64,000 bases of DNA from a virus: positions 1 through 64,000 of IMG/VR virus record IMGVR_UViG_3300023171_000008, one strand, 5' to 3'. Positions 52,519 to 63,269 of the stretch are shown one piece after another. The notes under the pieces were generated by a model. It was not told the origin of the DNA and did not search any database. It worked only from the letters and a program-made list of their open reading frames with translations. Each line of letters starts with the position of its first letter. Position 1 is the first letter of the stretch. The position numbers and the translations under genes are program-made.

Positions 52519-53375
52519 TATTTATTAATTTTAGCTTCTAAAAGCATTCTAACTTCTTGATTCTTATTATTATCTAAATATAATACAGCATTTTCAAATG
52601 TAGATATTTGTCCAGATTCAGCTAAATCAAGTCCATCGGATGTTGAATATCTATTAGATTTTTTAACTATAACACCTTTATCTACACCTATATTAATTAA
52701 TAGTTTAGTATAAAAAGCTTTATCACTAACAACATTTACAAATGCAGTAGGATTAGTATCAATAAATTCTTCAACTTTATGCTGTAACCAATCTAGTTTA
52801 GAATCTGAAGATAAAGCTTTATTAGTAAGTAATTTAAGTACTCCTAATAGTTTTTCTCTATCATCCTCTATTTTACCATATAGTTTAAATGCTTCTTTCT
52901 TAGAATCGTATTTACCTTTAGTTTCAAGCATTTCTTCATTCTCCCTAGTAATAACAAATTGATAAGTAAGATTTTTATTACGATCTGCCCAAGATGGTGC
53001 AATTTCATATTTATCTAAACTTTCAAGTATTTTAATAGAGATATAACTCATTGGGTCACTTAGATCAAATCTATTTGCACCTTCTTCTTTATAAAGAGCT
53101 ACATTATATTTAGTCCAAAAGTCTCCATATACTGAAAGATTTAATCCAGTAACTTGTTCTAAATATTCTTTCTCTTCATCATTTAAAACATTCTTTATGC
53201 TGCCGTTACGTTGTAGTGGTGCATAAAACTTACGTACAGCTCCTGATAACATACCACCTGCAATTACGTGATCTTTAGCTACATTAGCAGCCATACCTTT
53301 ATTTCTATGAATGTATTTTACAATTACTATTTCATTTGGTAATGTAAAATTACTCTTAACTTCTTGTGTTTTCAT
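52518..53375 (-). CDS. Conserved crAss protein downstream of the major capsid gene
   Basis: 285 aa; FDLSDP..Y, IAPSW; conserved synteny. Confidence 0.6.
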   Translation of the reverse strand: MKTQEVKSNFTLPNEIVIVKYIHRNKGMAANVAKDHVIAGGMLSGAVRKFYAPLQRNGSIKNVLNDEEKEYLEQVTGLNLSVYGDFWTKYNVALYKEEGANRFDLSDPMSYISIKILESLDKYEIAPSWADRNKNLTYQFVITRENEEMLETKGKYDSKKEAFKLYGKIEDDREKLLGVLKLLTNKALSSDSKLDWLQHKVEEFIDTNPTAFVNVVSDKAFYTKLLINIGVDKGVIVKKSNRYSTSDGLDLAESGQISTFENAVLYLDNNKNQEVRMLLEAKINK

Positions 53376-53400
53376 CTTCTTCCTTAAGATTTAATATTAT

Positions 53401-53430
53401 AAAAAAGAGGTGTTTATAGGTACACCTCTT
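53401..53430 (-). terminator. Intrinsic terminator after the major capsid gene
   Basis: AAGAGGTGT/ACACCTCTT plus T-tract on the - strand. Confidence 0.8.
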
Positions 53431-53450
53431 AATAAAACCTTTAATATAAT

Positions 53451-54965
53451 TTAGTATAATATACTTGGTATAAGTGATAGTGTACGACCTGGATCTTTCA
53501 CTAATGCACCTGTACCTTCAATAAATGCAGTCATTGTAGCACTATCTTCCATTGTAGTCATTATACCACCACGTTGTCCTGTAAATGGATTACGGAAACC
53601 TGCTTGATAACCACGTATTTCTGGAGTGTTAGATACTTTAATTCTTTGAATATTAGGATCAGCTTGCGAACCTATATAAAGAATATCATAACGATATGAT
53701 TCAGCTACACCACCATCAGGGTGTATAATTTTATTACGAACCCTGTCATCATACATTGGATCTACTTCTAGTACAACATGAATGTTGTTAGGAGCGCGAT
53801 ATTCTGTAAATTGGAATCCTAAGCTAAATGCATTATCATGGAATTTAGATTGAACTTGTTTGATTGCATTTTGATTAGTATTATCAAAACCAATACCTGT
53901 CCAACCACTAGCTAATTGTGTAATAGCTCTGTGGAATTGAGCAGCTCCACGTTCACCTGTACGAAGGATAAATTTCCTTTCATCCCAATCTAGTTTACCT
54001 TCAGATAGTTCAGATAAGGCATCTTCTAGTAAAGCTAATGAAAATCTATTATAGAAGATTGTATTAGAAACTTCCATTTGTTCCCTAATACCTGAACCAG
54101 CTTTAATAGTAATACCTGAAGCAGCGATATTCAAATAACGACCAGCTTCATCACGATTGGTTTTACCAAACATCATTGTCCTAGACTTAAGTTTAGAAAT
54201 CTGACGTTCAAATTGCCACATTACTTCTTGCATCCAATATTCCGATGTATGTACTTTACCAGTTTTAGGATCTCTTGTTTCAAGACCAGTAGTATAAACT
54301 GGTTGAACTTTCATATCAATCATTGCACCAGATACTTTATGTTCTACCCTTATTGCAGTAACTGAATTACGCATTAAGAATGGGGAAGTAAATTGTATAC
54401 CAGCACCTTGGATTGAAAGTTCGTCTTCAACTGGAGCACCTTCAATACTAAATCTGTTTCCAGGCAAGAATTCATCTCCAGGAATACCTGCTAATGATTC
54501 TGAACCACCCCATACTTCACAAGTATAAACATAATTTTGTCCTTCTTCATAAGGATCTTCTAGAATACGCATTTGATAAACATCTGGTCTATGTCCTGCA
54601 ATCAAATGCATTTTAGTAAACCAACGTTCTGCAAATACTAGTTCAAAAGTAGTACGAGCTTGTCCTACATTAGTAGTACTTGACGTAACTACTGCACCTT
54701 CATAACGTGCTTCTACTAGTGGAATATTCCTTTCATCACTACCAATTACTTTCCATACAAAATCTGTAGCACCTGCTTCAAGAGTTTTTTCAGGGAACAT
54801 AGATAAAGTTGTATCTAGGTTTTTCATACCTGAATTTTGTAATAGAATTGTTGTAATAGGAGATATTAGTTCTGGTTTATGTCCAAATAAAGCACCTATG
54901 TGGTTTTTAAGCGTTAGACCCGACCATGAGGTCGATTTTGTCATTTGAAAGCGACTTGTAGCCAT
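53451..54965 (-). CDS. Major capsid protein (crAss-type HK97 fold)
   Basis: 504 aa; WSGLT..NH, G.GIREQM, TGERG...FH, LGFQFTEY, DPMYD, ESYRY. Confidence 0.88.
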   Translation of the reverse strand: MATSRFQMTKSTSWSGLTLKNHIGALFGHKPELISPITTILLQNSGMKNLDTTLSMFPEKTLEAGATDFVWKVIGSDERNIPLVEARYEGAVVTSSTTNVGQARTTFELVFAERWFTKMHLIAGHRPDVYQMRILEDPYEEGQNYVYTCEVWGGSESLAGIPGDEFLPGNRFSIEGAPVEDELSIQGAGIQFTSPFLMRNSVTAIRVEHKVSGAMIDMKVQPVYTTGLETRDPKTGKVHTSEYWMQEVMWQFERQISKLKSRTMMFGKTNRDEAGRYLNIAASGITIKAGSGIREQMEVSNTIFYNRFSLALLEDALSELSEGKLDWDERKFILRTGERGAAQFHRAITQLASGWTGIGFDNTNQNAIKQVQSKFHDNAFSLGFQFTEYRAPNNIHVVLEVDPMYDDRVRNKIIHPDGGVAESYRYDILYIGSQADPNIQRIKVSNTPEIRGYQAGFRNPFTGQRGGIMTTMEDSATMTAFIEGTGALVKDPGRTLSLIPSILY

Positions 54966-54988
54966 TATTTATTTAAGTTGTTAAAATT

Positions 54989-56047
54989 TTATAAGTCAAA
55001 TACGAAGTTACTTCCGTAACTATTGGGATCTTGTGACCAACTTGGTGATCCATTATCCTGTATTTTAGTTGTTCGTGCAATCTTTTCTAAATCTTTAACA
55101 GCATTAGACTTACCTGCTGTAGCTATTTTAGAATAATCTTTAAAACCATTAGTTAATTCATACATATAATACATTCTGGCTTCAAATTCAATAGGATTTT
55201 CTCTACGTTCCTTCATGAATTTATTTTCAAATGTACCATCTGGTGCTTTACCAACAATTTCAGTTATAGCTTTATATACTTTATCTTGAATAGGTTTAGT
55301 AGCTTTAAAACCTTTAAGAGGTTCCTTATTATCATATACTACTTTTTTAATATCTTCTTCAAGTTTAGCTTGAGCTATTTTATCAGCTTCAATTTGTTTA
55401 ATAGAATTGTCTCTTTCTAATTGTATTTGTCTAGATTGAAATTCTTTTAAACTTGTAAGTGATTCAGTAGCATCTTCTAATATAGCATCTTCACCTAAAT
55501 CAATTATGCGTTTAAGTAAATTAGATGCTCTCTTTTCACCAAGACCTTGATTTATATAATCTTCATAAATAAGTTTCTTAGCTAAATCTAAATCATCTTT
55601 TAATACATCTTCTGTAATTGAAGCAAGTGATTGTAGTTCTTGTTTACTTTGAGCAATCTTACTAACATCTAAATTAGCAATATAATCATCTAAGATTGCT
55701 TTAGCTTGAATATCCTGCTCTCTTTTAAACACTGTAACTAAATCATCTATAGATTCGATCTTTTCAGTTGTGATGTCAAATGAAGGTAGTAGACCTTGTT
55801 CGTGAACAACGCTAGCTAAAGAAGAATATAAGTTGGAAGAAGAATCGCTATCATCGTCATCATCTCCACCTTCATTTTGAGCATCTTCTTCAGCACCTAC
55901 TTCCTCTGAACTTTTATCGTCCTCAGTGCCATTAATATTTTCATCTACATCTTCTGTAGATTCATCATCTTCGTAATTAGGTATTTCATCAATATTTAAA
56001 TTAAATTCTTGATCAAATAAACCCATTTTTAATTCGTCTTCTTCCAT
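54989..56047 (-). CDS. Acidic scaffold-like protein
   Basis: Very acidic N-terminus plus coiled coil; located between portal and major capsid genes. Confidence 0.55.
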   Translation of the reverse strand: MEEDELKMGLFDQEFNLNIDEIPNYEDDESTEDVDENINGTEDDKSSEEVGAEEDAQNEGGDDDDDSDSSSNLYSSLASVVHEQGLLPSFDITTEKIESIDDLVTVFKREQDIQAKAILDDYIANLDVSKIAQSKQELQSLASITEDVLKDDLDLAKKLIYEDYINQGLGEKRASNLLKRIIDLGEDAILEDATESLTSLKEFQSRQIQLERDNSIKQIEADKIAQAKLEEDIKKVVYDNKEPLKGFKATKPIQDKVYKAITEIVGKAPDGTFENKFMKERRENPIEFEARMYYMYELTNGFKDYSKIATAGKSNAVKDLEKIARTTKIQDNGSPSWSQDPNSYGSNFVFDL

Positions 56048-56076
56048 GACAATTATTATGTTTTATTTAAAGTTTA

Positions 56077-56108
56077 CAAATATAATACAATTCATAAAAA
56101 AATCCAAG
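56077..56108 (-). promoter_or_regulatory. Bacteroidota-type promoter for the scaffold/capsid operon
   Basis: CTTGGAT-N17-TATATTTG on the - strand. Confidence 0.7.
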
Positions 56109-56137
56109 AGTTAAGTATAAAATTGTTAACTCTTGGA
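56096..56137 (-). terminator. Intrinsic terminator after the portal gene
   Basis: 12-bp stem TCCAAGAGTTAA/TTAACTCTTGGA plus T7 on the - strand. Confidence 0.75.
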
Positions 56138-56155
56138 CAAATTCCTAATAGCTTT

Positions 56156-58549
56156 TTATGCAGTTGTTTTCTTCTTAATACGAGCTATTTGATTAGACTC
56201 TTTCTTAAGTTCAACGTTATCTTTATGTTTTAACATATCCTGATCTAACGCTTTAATTTTAGTAACATAATCATTTCTAACTTTTTCAGCATCTAATTCA
56301 AGCTTTTGTTCTGCAGTAGGATCTACAATACCATCATTATTTTCATCTTCATCAGACATACTATGACTTAATTCAGCAACATAACGTTTAGTTTCATTAT
56401 CTCGTTGATTTTTCATATCTTCTAATTGAAGTTTTTGTTGTTCTAATTGAGATTGAGCTTGTATCTGTTCTCTAGCAATTTTATTCTGTTCTGAAGCTTG
56501 TTCAGACTGACGTTGTTGCATAGTTTCTTCAGCAGTTTCTAACTTACGTCTCATATCCATTAATGAAGGACTAAAGTAAATATCCATTATAGTAGATAGT
56601 GAACCACCATTTTGAATAAAAGCTTGAGCATATTGTTTAATAGCTTGCTCTAATTCAATAGATTTAGGTGTGCTAGATACTAATAATCCATAATCAGATT
56701 CTGCAAAATCTTCACCTTCCATATTAAGTACTTCTATAGTTTGATCATCAAGTATATATTGTACTTTCTTATTTTCAGTATCCTTTAATGCTATCTTAGC
56801 AGCTTCTAAAAATGCGGTTAAACATCTAATTTTAACAGATTCGTGTTTTTGAAACCACCATTCAGTAATATGTGAACTTTGATTTACAGCTCTTTCAACA
56901 CCACCTACAGTTTCTCTGTTAGATATTTGACCTTCACGTTGTTGAGATACACCACATATTTCACCCATCTCCATTTTAATGAATTCAAGTAATTGTATAT
57001 GTTGTTGAATATAATTACCAGTTTCCATATCAATAACACGTCCACCAATATTATTCATATTACCTGCTAATTTACCAGTTGATTGACCATGATTACCCTC
57101 TTTAAATGAATCTACTACAGCAATTTTATTTACTACAGCAAAGTGTAACCATTTATCCATTTCCCAGTTAGCAGGTACTTTAGCTAAATCCAGTTCCATT
57201 ATTCTACCATAATTAGTAGCAATAGCTTTATTTAACCTATCCCATATAGCATCATACATATATTGGTAATTCTTAGCTCTATCCATTAATGATACAGCCT
57301 TACCTTGATTAGTATTATATATTTGACCTATAATACCTAAATGTCCTTTAGATGGATTATTGGCTTTAATATATTGTACAGGTAAAGGACGCATCTTTAA
57401 GAATATATCTCTACCTAACATTGTACCTTCCCACCCTTCATTAATCCAAAATATAGTTTCTTCTTCTCCTAATGTTTCATTAGTTTTATATTCTTCAGAT
57501 TCAAATCTAAATTGAGTTTCACCATATTCATCATAGTACTTAATTTTCTTAACTTTACGTAAAGACTTCCAACGTACTTTTAGTTCTCTAACATTTCCAA
57601 ATTGATCTGTATAATTAGAACCAAATTTATGTCCATTGATTTCAGCTAATGTAAATACTGAATCATATAATCCAAGTAATTCTTTATTATTAGCAAATAA
57701 ACTACCTCTATTATGATCATCAGAATAACTACCTTTAGAATTAGAAGTTGCAAAGTCCATCATAAAATCAATGTCTTCAACTTTTAATTCATCGAAGTAA
57801 TCATCTATTAATTGAGCAGGTGATTTATAATCTTCTATAATTATAATAGAAGCATCTTCAAACCTATCTGAATTACCACTTCTTATTGCACTAACTTTTA
57901 AAGGATTTAACTTTTCAAACACAGGTTCATTATGAAGCACATCTATTAAATATACTTCTTCTGCCATTATTAAAGCATCTTTAAATCCGTTACTAAACTT
58001 TTCTTGAAATTCTAATTCTTGCCAATAATGTCTAAGTATTTGACTAGCCATTTTTTCACGTAGATCTTGCCAAGAATATTTCATATATTTATCAAGTTCA
58101 GCCATTTTAGCTTTTAATTCATCATCTTGATAATTAGCTTCTAATATTTCAGTTAACTTTTGAGTTAGATGTTTTTTCTTATCCTCTTCTTTACGTGTTA
58201 TAGCATCAGGATTAGTAACAATTACTGACCAATCAAATCTACGTTTTATTTCTTCACCAACCAGTAAATCAATTTTAGGTACAACAATAGGATGATGTGG
58301 TATATTTTCAGTTACAAAACTAGCATCTAAATGATGTGGATTAACTATACCTGTTAAATCCTCTATATCAACAATACCATTATAAAGATTTAAATTAGTG
58401 AATTTAGTTTTTAAACTCTTTCTAACTTCTTCATTATAGTAAAATGAATATTGATTAGCATGTTTTATATTGTCAATTCTCCAATCCTTATTCTTTTGAC
58501 TATAAGGTAATCGTTGACGAGGTAAAGGAATATTTGTAAAGTTCTCCAT
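56156..58549 (-). CDS. Portal protein
   Basis: 797 aa; P.Q.L....K...W, PKIDLLVGEE..R, GVSQQREGQI...ETVGGVERA..QS. Confidence 0.88.
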   Translation of the reverse strand: MENFTNIPLPRQRLPYSQKNKDWRIDNIKHANQYSFYYNEEVRKSLKTKFTNLNLYNGIVDIEDLTGIVNPHHLDASFVTENIPHHPIVVPKIDLLVGEEIKRRFDWSVIVTNPDAITRKEEDKKKHLTQKLTEILEANYQDDELKAKMAELDKYMKYSWQDLREKMASQILRHYWQELEFQEKFSNGFKDALIMAEEVYLIDVLHNEPVFEKLNPLKVSAIRSGNSDRFEDASIIIIEDYKSPAQLIDDYFDELKVEDIDFMMDFATSNSKGSYSDDHNRGSLFANNKELLGLYDSVFTLAEINGHKFGSNYTDQFGNVRELKVRWKSLRKVKKIKYYDEYGETQFRFESEEYKTNETLGEEETIFWINEGWEGTMLGRDIFLKMRPLPVQYIKANNPSKGHLGIIGQIYNTNQGKAVSLMDRAKNYQYMYDAIWDRLNKAIATNYGRIMELDLAKVPANWEMDKWLHFAVVNKIAVVDSFKEGNHGQSTGKLAGNMNNIGGRVIDMETGNYIQQHIQLLEFIKMEMGEICGVSQQREGQISNRETVGGVERAVNQSSHITEWWFQKHESVKIRCLTAFLEAAKIALKDTENKKVQYILDDQTIEVLNMEGEDFAESDYGLLVSSTPKSIELEQAIKQYAQAFIQNGGSLSTIMDIYFSPSLMDMRRKLETAEETMQQRQSEQASEQNKIAREQIQAQSQLEQQKLQLEDMKNQRDNETKRYVAELSHSMSDEDENNDGIVDPTAEQKLELDAEKVRNDYVTKIKALDQDMLKHKDNVELKKESNQIARIKKKTTA

Positions 58550-58568
58550 TTTTAATTAATTAAACTAC

Positions 58569-58600
58569 GCAATATACAAAATTAATATTCATATTCAAAA
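58569..58600 (-). promoter_or_regulatory. Bacteroidota-type promoter for the portal gene
   Basis: TTTTGAA-N17-TATATTGC on the - strand (variant -7 element). Confidence 0.6.
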
Positions 58601-58635
58601 TAAATATTTAGTTATTAATAATAATTTGATTTTCC

Positions 58636-60885
58636 TTAATAGCTTTTCCTATAGTTTCTTTCAAAGAATTTATCATTACTTAACAACTCAATTTGTTTAC
58701 CTTCATTTTCTTTAGCTGATTCTGTTCGTTTAAATCTATCTTCTCTTAATATAAATAACATACCTGCAGCAGATATTCTATCAAAGTTACCATCACTATT
58801 CCATTTAATAGCTTCTTCAATATGTGCAATACCTCTCATAGTATGTAAATTTAATTTACCAGTTTCCTCTTCTTCACCATATATAGGTGTATTCATCCAA
58901 TCTGCGTGAAGTTTTCTACCCCACTTATTAACTTCTTTATTAGCCAATGTACCTTTACTATTATTTCCATAACCAACACCTTTAGTTAATTCCATATCAC
59001 GAAGTATTTGAGGAGTATCACATAATCTATATAAAGCATTTTTCTTATCAAAATAACTAAATAAACCTTTTAAGTTTTTCTCATAATTAGCAACACCATT
59101 ATAAAATTCTAATACACGCAATGCTATTTCATATGCTTCTTCAGCTAATCTAGGTCTACCAGTATATTCACAAACTATTCTGTCTGTAAATGTATCTAAT
59201 CCAATTATACTAAATAATGAAGTACCTGCGTCTGCATCAATAGGGTCAATTCCAAATATATATCTACCACTAGCTATTGTATCATTAGCATTCTTTTTAG
59301 GCATTTCATATATCTCTAAAGCACCTTCTCTATTAGCAGTATCTTTATCATAGCTACGCAAAGGATATTTATCCCCATTTAACTTCCATATAACTTCACC
59401 ATCATTACTTCTTATCAATTCACCTACATAATGTTCAGCTAAGAATGATTCTCTTCTAGGTAATATAGATTCTAAATAATCTTTAAGATCTGCTACAGGA
59501 AATACTGTTCCTTCAGTACGCATAATAGCTTCTTGAGGAGTAATGGGTTCTTCAGCTTTTTTCTGAGTAATTGCAGATGGATCTGTTGAATTATATTTTA
59601 CTAAATATCTATCATTTAATATTTGTATTAATGCTTTAATTACATCTGGTTCACCATTTTCTAAATCAAAACATTCATTACGATTCATATATGCTCCCCA
59701 AAAGAATCCACATAAAGTATCTCCAGGAGTATTTTTATCAAATACATTTGGAATACCATATATGTTATAACCTTCAGGATAATAAAATAGTTTTTCAGAG
59801 CCTTCAAATGAACCACCTTCAACACCACCTGTACCCATTGCTATCATGAAACCAAATGTAGTATCACCATCTTCAACAGCTTTTCTATTTACATTCCAAG
59901 CTTTTTCAAGATTAGGAAATAAACCATCTTCTTCATAGTGAATTAAAGGTCCCCTAATACCCCTAGCTTTATCAGGATTATCTTTTAATGATATACCACT
60001 TACAGAAGATAATAATCCTTTACGTGAGCCGTATTCATCTTTAAATCCTAATTGTAACTCCATTGTAGTACCAGATCTATCAGTAAGTCTCATACGAGGT
60101 AATGGTGTATGTTCAGCTATCCAGTCTAAGTTATCTAATATTTTACCCCATATACCTTTATCTCCAGTAAGAAATGTTTTATCAGATGCCAAATGAAAGT
60201 TAGGGTTACCTGATCCAGGAAGTACATACATATTTCTAGGACTCCATGATGCGGCTTTAAAACTTGCACCAATACCACGAGTCTTAAGCATTTTACCATG
60301 ACTACCTTTACGTTTAGCTTGTTCTACGTAATGATGAAATAAATAATCTCCTAACCAAGGTTTACCAAATTTTCTTATACGTTCACCTTTAGATTTAGAT
60401 CCATTACCTTGTACACCTTCTTTTTCAACTAACCATATAGGACTATAGTTCCAATAGAAATATAATTCTCCAGGAATCCATTCACCATCAGAAGGTCTAA
60501 CTAAACCATGTTTCCATTTATATAATTCATCTTTCCAGAATTGAGCATATTCAGATTTAGGATTAGGATTAGGTGTTAAATGTGTATATACTCCATACTT
60601 ATCAAAGTATAATCCTTTCTCTCTAAAGAAATCCATATCTTCTAATATGTGAGGATTGGTAATATCTACTTCTATTCTACCGTCATTATAATCTGTAGAT
60701 TTAGGTCTATCTTTACTATAACCTCTAATATGTTCAGGAGCAATTAATCTTTTAATAAATTCAACTGAATTAATAAATTCTAATAAATCAGCATATACTT
60801 CTCGTGGTAAACTTTCTTTTAATTCATCTGTAATAGGTGTTTGATAATTGTTAAATTTATATATTTCATTTATTGATTCATCCAT
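58636..60885 (-). CDS. terL: Terminase large subunit
   Basis: LKTRGIGAS (Walker A), HYEEDG (Walker B), GTGG, GIDPID and GNFDRISA nuclease motifs. Confidence 0.92.
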   Translation of the reverse strand: MDESINEIYKFNNYQTPITDELKESLPREVYADLLEFINSVEFIKRLIAPEHIRGYSKDRPKSTDYNDGRIEVDITNPHILEDMDFFREKGLYFDKYGVYTHLTPNPNPKSEYAQFWKDELYKWKHGLVRPSDGEWIPGELYFYWNYSPIWLVEKEGVQGNGSKSKGERIRKFGKPWLGDYLFHHYVEQAKRKGSHGKMLKTRGIGASFKAASWSPRNMYVLPGSGNPNFHLASDKTFLTGDKGIWGKILDNLDWIAEHTPLPRMRLTDRSGTTMELQLGFKDEYGSRKGLLSSVSGISLKDNPDKARGIRGPLIHYEEDGLFPNLEKAWNVNRKAVEDGDTTFGFMIAMGTGGVEGGSFEGSEKLFYYPEGYNIYGIPNVFDKNTPGDTLCGFFWGAYMNRNECFDLENGEPDVIKALIQILNDRYLVKYNSTDPSAITQKKAEEPITPQEAIMRTEGTVFPVADLKDYLESILPRRESFLAEHYVGELIRSNDGEVIWKLNGDKYPLRSYDKDTANREGALEIYEMPKKNANDTIASGRYIFGIDPIDADAGTSLFSIIGLDTFTDRIVCEYTGRPRLAEEAYEIALRVLEFYNGVANYEKNLKGLFSYFDKKNALYRLCDTPQILRDMELTKGVGYGNNSKGTLANKEVNKWGRKLHADWMNTPIYGEEEETGKLNLHTMRGIAHIEEAIKWNSDGNFDRISAAGMLFILREDRFKRTESAKENEGKQIELLSNDKFFERNYRKSY

Positions 60886-62375
60886 GCTGTATAATTTAAT
60901 ACTATAGCTTCAGTACTAAGTATTGTTTTAGCTACAGATACTGCATTTTCCAATGCACATCTAATTGATTTAAGTGGATCTATTATATTTAAATCAAACA
61001 TATTTAATTCAATATCTAAATCACAACCATTTTCTTTAATTGTTTCATAAGGTTTAGTTAATGAAATGGCAATACACCCTTCTATACTATTTAAATCTAA
61101 ATAAGTTTTTTCTTCTTTTGGATGTAATTTATCATAAACTTTAAATACATTTATAATGATATATAATAATGCTTTTCCACCACCTTCTACTATACCCTCT
61201 TCTAATGCACAAGCTACTGCTAATACTGCATCATCATATCTATCCTTACGTTCTTTCATTTCAATCTCTGAACGTCCACCTACTTTAATAATAGATACTT
61301 TACCTGTAAGATTAGATATACGTTGTTCTAATAATTCCTTATCATAGTTTTCTAACTCTTTAGAGTATTCTTTCATATCATTAATCTTATTATCTAAATT
61401 AATAGATTCATCTTTTAATAATATACTTGTGTCTCTAGTAATTTTAGCAGATTTAAGTCTACCTAATATATTAGATGAATACTTTTTAGTTAAATCAATT
61501 ATAAGACTTCCTCCTGTAAATAAACTTATATCTTGAAGTAAATCCTGTCTATGTTTAGAAAAGCCAGGAGATTTGATTACACAGCATTTTAGAGCTTGTG
61601 ATAATACATTAGTTTCAACTAATCTTAACAGACTTTCATTTACATGTTCTGTAATAATAAGTAGTGATTCTTCTTTACCATGTATATCTTTAATTATATT
61701 TTCAAAAGCATTTAAGCTATCAAGCTTACCATCTATAATTATTACATAAGGTTTATCTAAATGTACTTCACCTTTCTTTGGATCTGTAATAAAGTTTTTA
61801 CTAAAATATGTAGTATTAAGTGACATACCGTCTACATATTCTAAAGTATCTTCATTATTATTACTTTCTTCAACTTTAATTATACTAGAAAAATCATAAG
61901 CTTGTTGGATAAAATCACCAACTTGTATATCATTATTAGCAGATATAGTTGCAACATATTTAATATCTTCATGTTTTAACTGTCGTGAATTAGCTTTTAA
62001 TTCTTCAATGACTTTAGGTATAATTTCATCAAATGCTTTATTAATATCTTTAGTATTAAAATTTTTAAGATTATTTATAAATGCTGTAGCTAATACTGTT
62101 GTAGTAGTTGTAGCATCACCAACTTCTTTTAATTGTTTATTAGCTGCTTGTTTAACTAACTCTGCACCTATATCTTCTACTGGATCTTTAAATCTAATAC
62201 TATTAGCTACAGATACACCGTCTTTAGTAACTTTATATTTATTAGGATTATCTTTATCAGGTATAATAACTGTAGTACCATTAGGACCTAATGTAGATGC
62301 TACTGCTTTATTAAGTTTATTAATACCATTTATTAACTTATCTTTTCCTTCTTGATTAAAATATACTTCTTCCAT
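60870..62375 (-). CDS. groEL: GroEL-like chaperonin
   Basis: TLGPNG, VTKDGVSVA, GDATTTTTVLA, TISANND, IKVGG.SEIEMKERKDRYDDA, EEGIVEGGG, IIDP. Confidence 0.92.
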   Translation of the reverse strand: MEEVYFNQEGKDKLINGINKLNKAVASTLGPNGTTVIIPDKDNPNKYKVTKDGVSVANSIRFKDPVEDIGAELVKQAANKQLKEVGDATTTTTVLATAFINNLKNFNTKDINKAFDEIIPKVIEELKANSRQLKHEDIKYVATISANNDIQVGDFIQQAYDFSSIIKVEESNNNEDTLEYVDGMSLNTTYFSKNFITDPKKGEVHLDKPYVIIIDGKLDSLNAFENIIKDIHGKEESLLIITEHVNESLLRLVETNVLSQALKCCVIKSPGFSKHRQDLLQDISLFTGGSLIIDLTKKYSSNILGRLKSAKITRDTSILLKDESINLDNKINDMKEYSKELENYDKELLEQRISNLTGKVSIIKVGGRSEIEMKERKDRYDDAVLAVACALEEGIVEGGGKALLYIIINVFKVYDKLHPKEEKTYLDLNSIEGCIAISLTKPYETIKENGCDLDIELNMFDLNIIDPLKSIRCALENAVSVAKTILSTEAIVLNYTAWMNQ

Positions 62376-62376
62376 A

Positions 62377-62940
62377 TTAATCTATTAACAGACCGTCTTC
62401 AAAAAGTCCCATTTTCTGAGAACCTTTCATACGATTATCTAATTCTATTTGTTCCTTTAATAATTCTTTTTCAGATGCTTTTAAATCTTTCATAATAATA
62501 GGAACTTTAGCTAAAGCATTAGTTATATCGGTTATCTTAGTTACTGTACCTCCATTAGCTGTACGTTCTCTAAGTAATATATCTGCCATCTCTAAATATT
62601 CCGAAGCATCGTTAGCAGCCTTTAAACCACTTTTATGTAATTTACCTATTACAGTTAAACTTTTAGATTCGTAAAAATCTATTGCAGTTTGCATTACATT
62701 ATCTATTTTCCAATCTTCAGGTAATCCAATATCTTTAACTATTTCAACAACTCTAGTTTTAGGTTCTATAATTAAGTAATCAGATTTAATATCCGTATAA
62801 TAATATATAAATAACATTTCTTTAAGAGCTGTGTCTTTATTACGAGACTTATCTCTCTTCAATATAGCTCGAAAGGGAAGTAGACCATAAGCCTCTTCCC
62901 TAACTGTTAATTGCCAATCTTTTAATTCAAATAATCTCAT
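62377..62940 (-). CDS. Conserved protein upstream of TerL (putative terminase small subunit)
   Basis: Helical 187 aa (RDKS..K..A.KE..FIY); assignment is by position only. Confidence 0.45.
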   Translation of the reverse strand: MRLFELKDWQLTVREEAYGLLPFRAILKRDKSRNKDTALKEMLFIYYYTDIKSDYLIIEPKTRVVEIVKDIGLPEDWKIDNVMQTAIDFYESKSLTVIGKLHKSGLKAANDASEYLEMADILLRERTANGGTVTKITDITNALAKVPIIMKDLKASEKELLKEQIELDNRMKGSQKMGLFEDGLLID

Positions 62941-63269
62941 ACCTTAGCTTTCCTTCCTCTTTTAGGTTTAACTACTTCAGATGCATCATCTATTGTAATT
63001 ACAGGTTCAATAATAATAGGAGTTTTAAATAAACTTAAATTATAAGTTAATTCATTAACTGTTTTTTGTGATAGTTCATATAACTTTAATCTGTTTTCTG
63101 ATCTAGAAATTTCTTTATAATGTAAATCAGAAATTTCTTTATTAAGTTTTTTTAGATCTTCATGTTCTAGTTTAAGTAAATCATATTTATCTTCTAGTTT
63201 ATTATACTCTCTAGTTTGATAAATACTATAACCAAATATTAATACTGCAACTATAATAACTATAATCAT
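62937..63269 (-). CDS. Membrane-anchored coiled-coil protein with C-terminal AT-hook-like motif
   Basis: N-terminal hydrophobic helix; ends KPKRGRKAKV. Confidence 0.55.
   Translation of the reverse strand: MIIVIIVAVLIFGYSIYQTREYNKLEDKYDLLKLEHEDLKKLNKEISDLHYKEISRSENRLKLYELSQKTVNELTYNLSLFKTPIIIEPVITIDDASEVVKPKRGRKAKV

Noticed and set aside
3283-60885. Introns or inteins in RNR, ThyA, vRNAP or TerL
   Set aside because: Genes are continuous and of expected size; no intein C...HN signatures or embedded homing endonuclease seen.
1456-62355. Opposite-strand ORFs (1456-1659, 6054-6236, 6562-6759, 7252-7449, 36320-36604, 38985-39194, 43309-43539, 44668-44973, 61156-61347, 62008-62355)
   Set aside because: Shadow frames of well-supported genes with no recognisable motifs.
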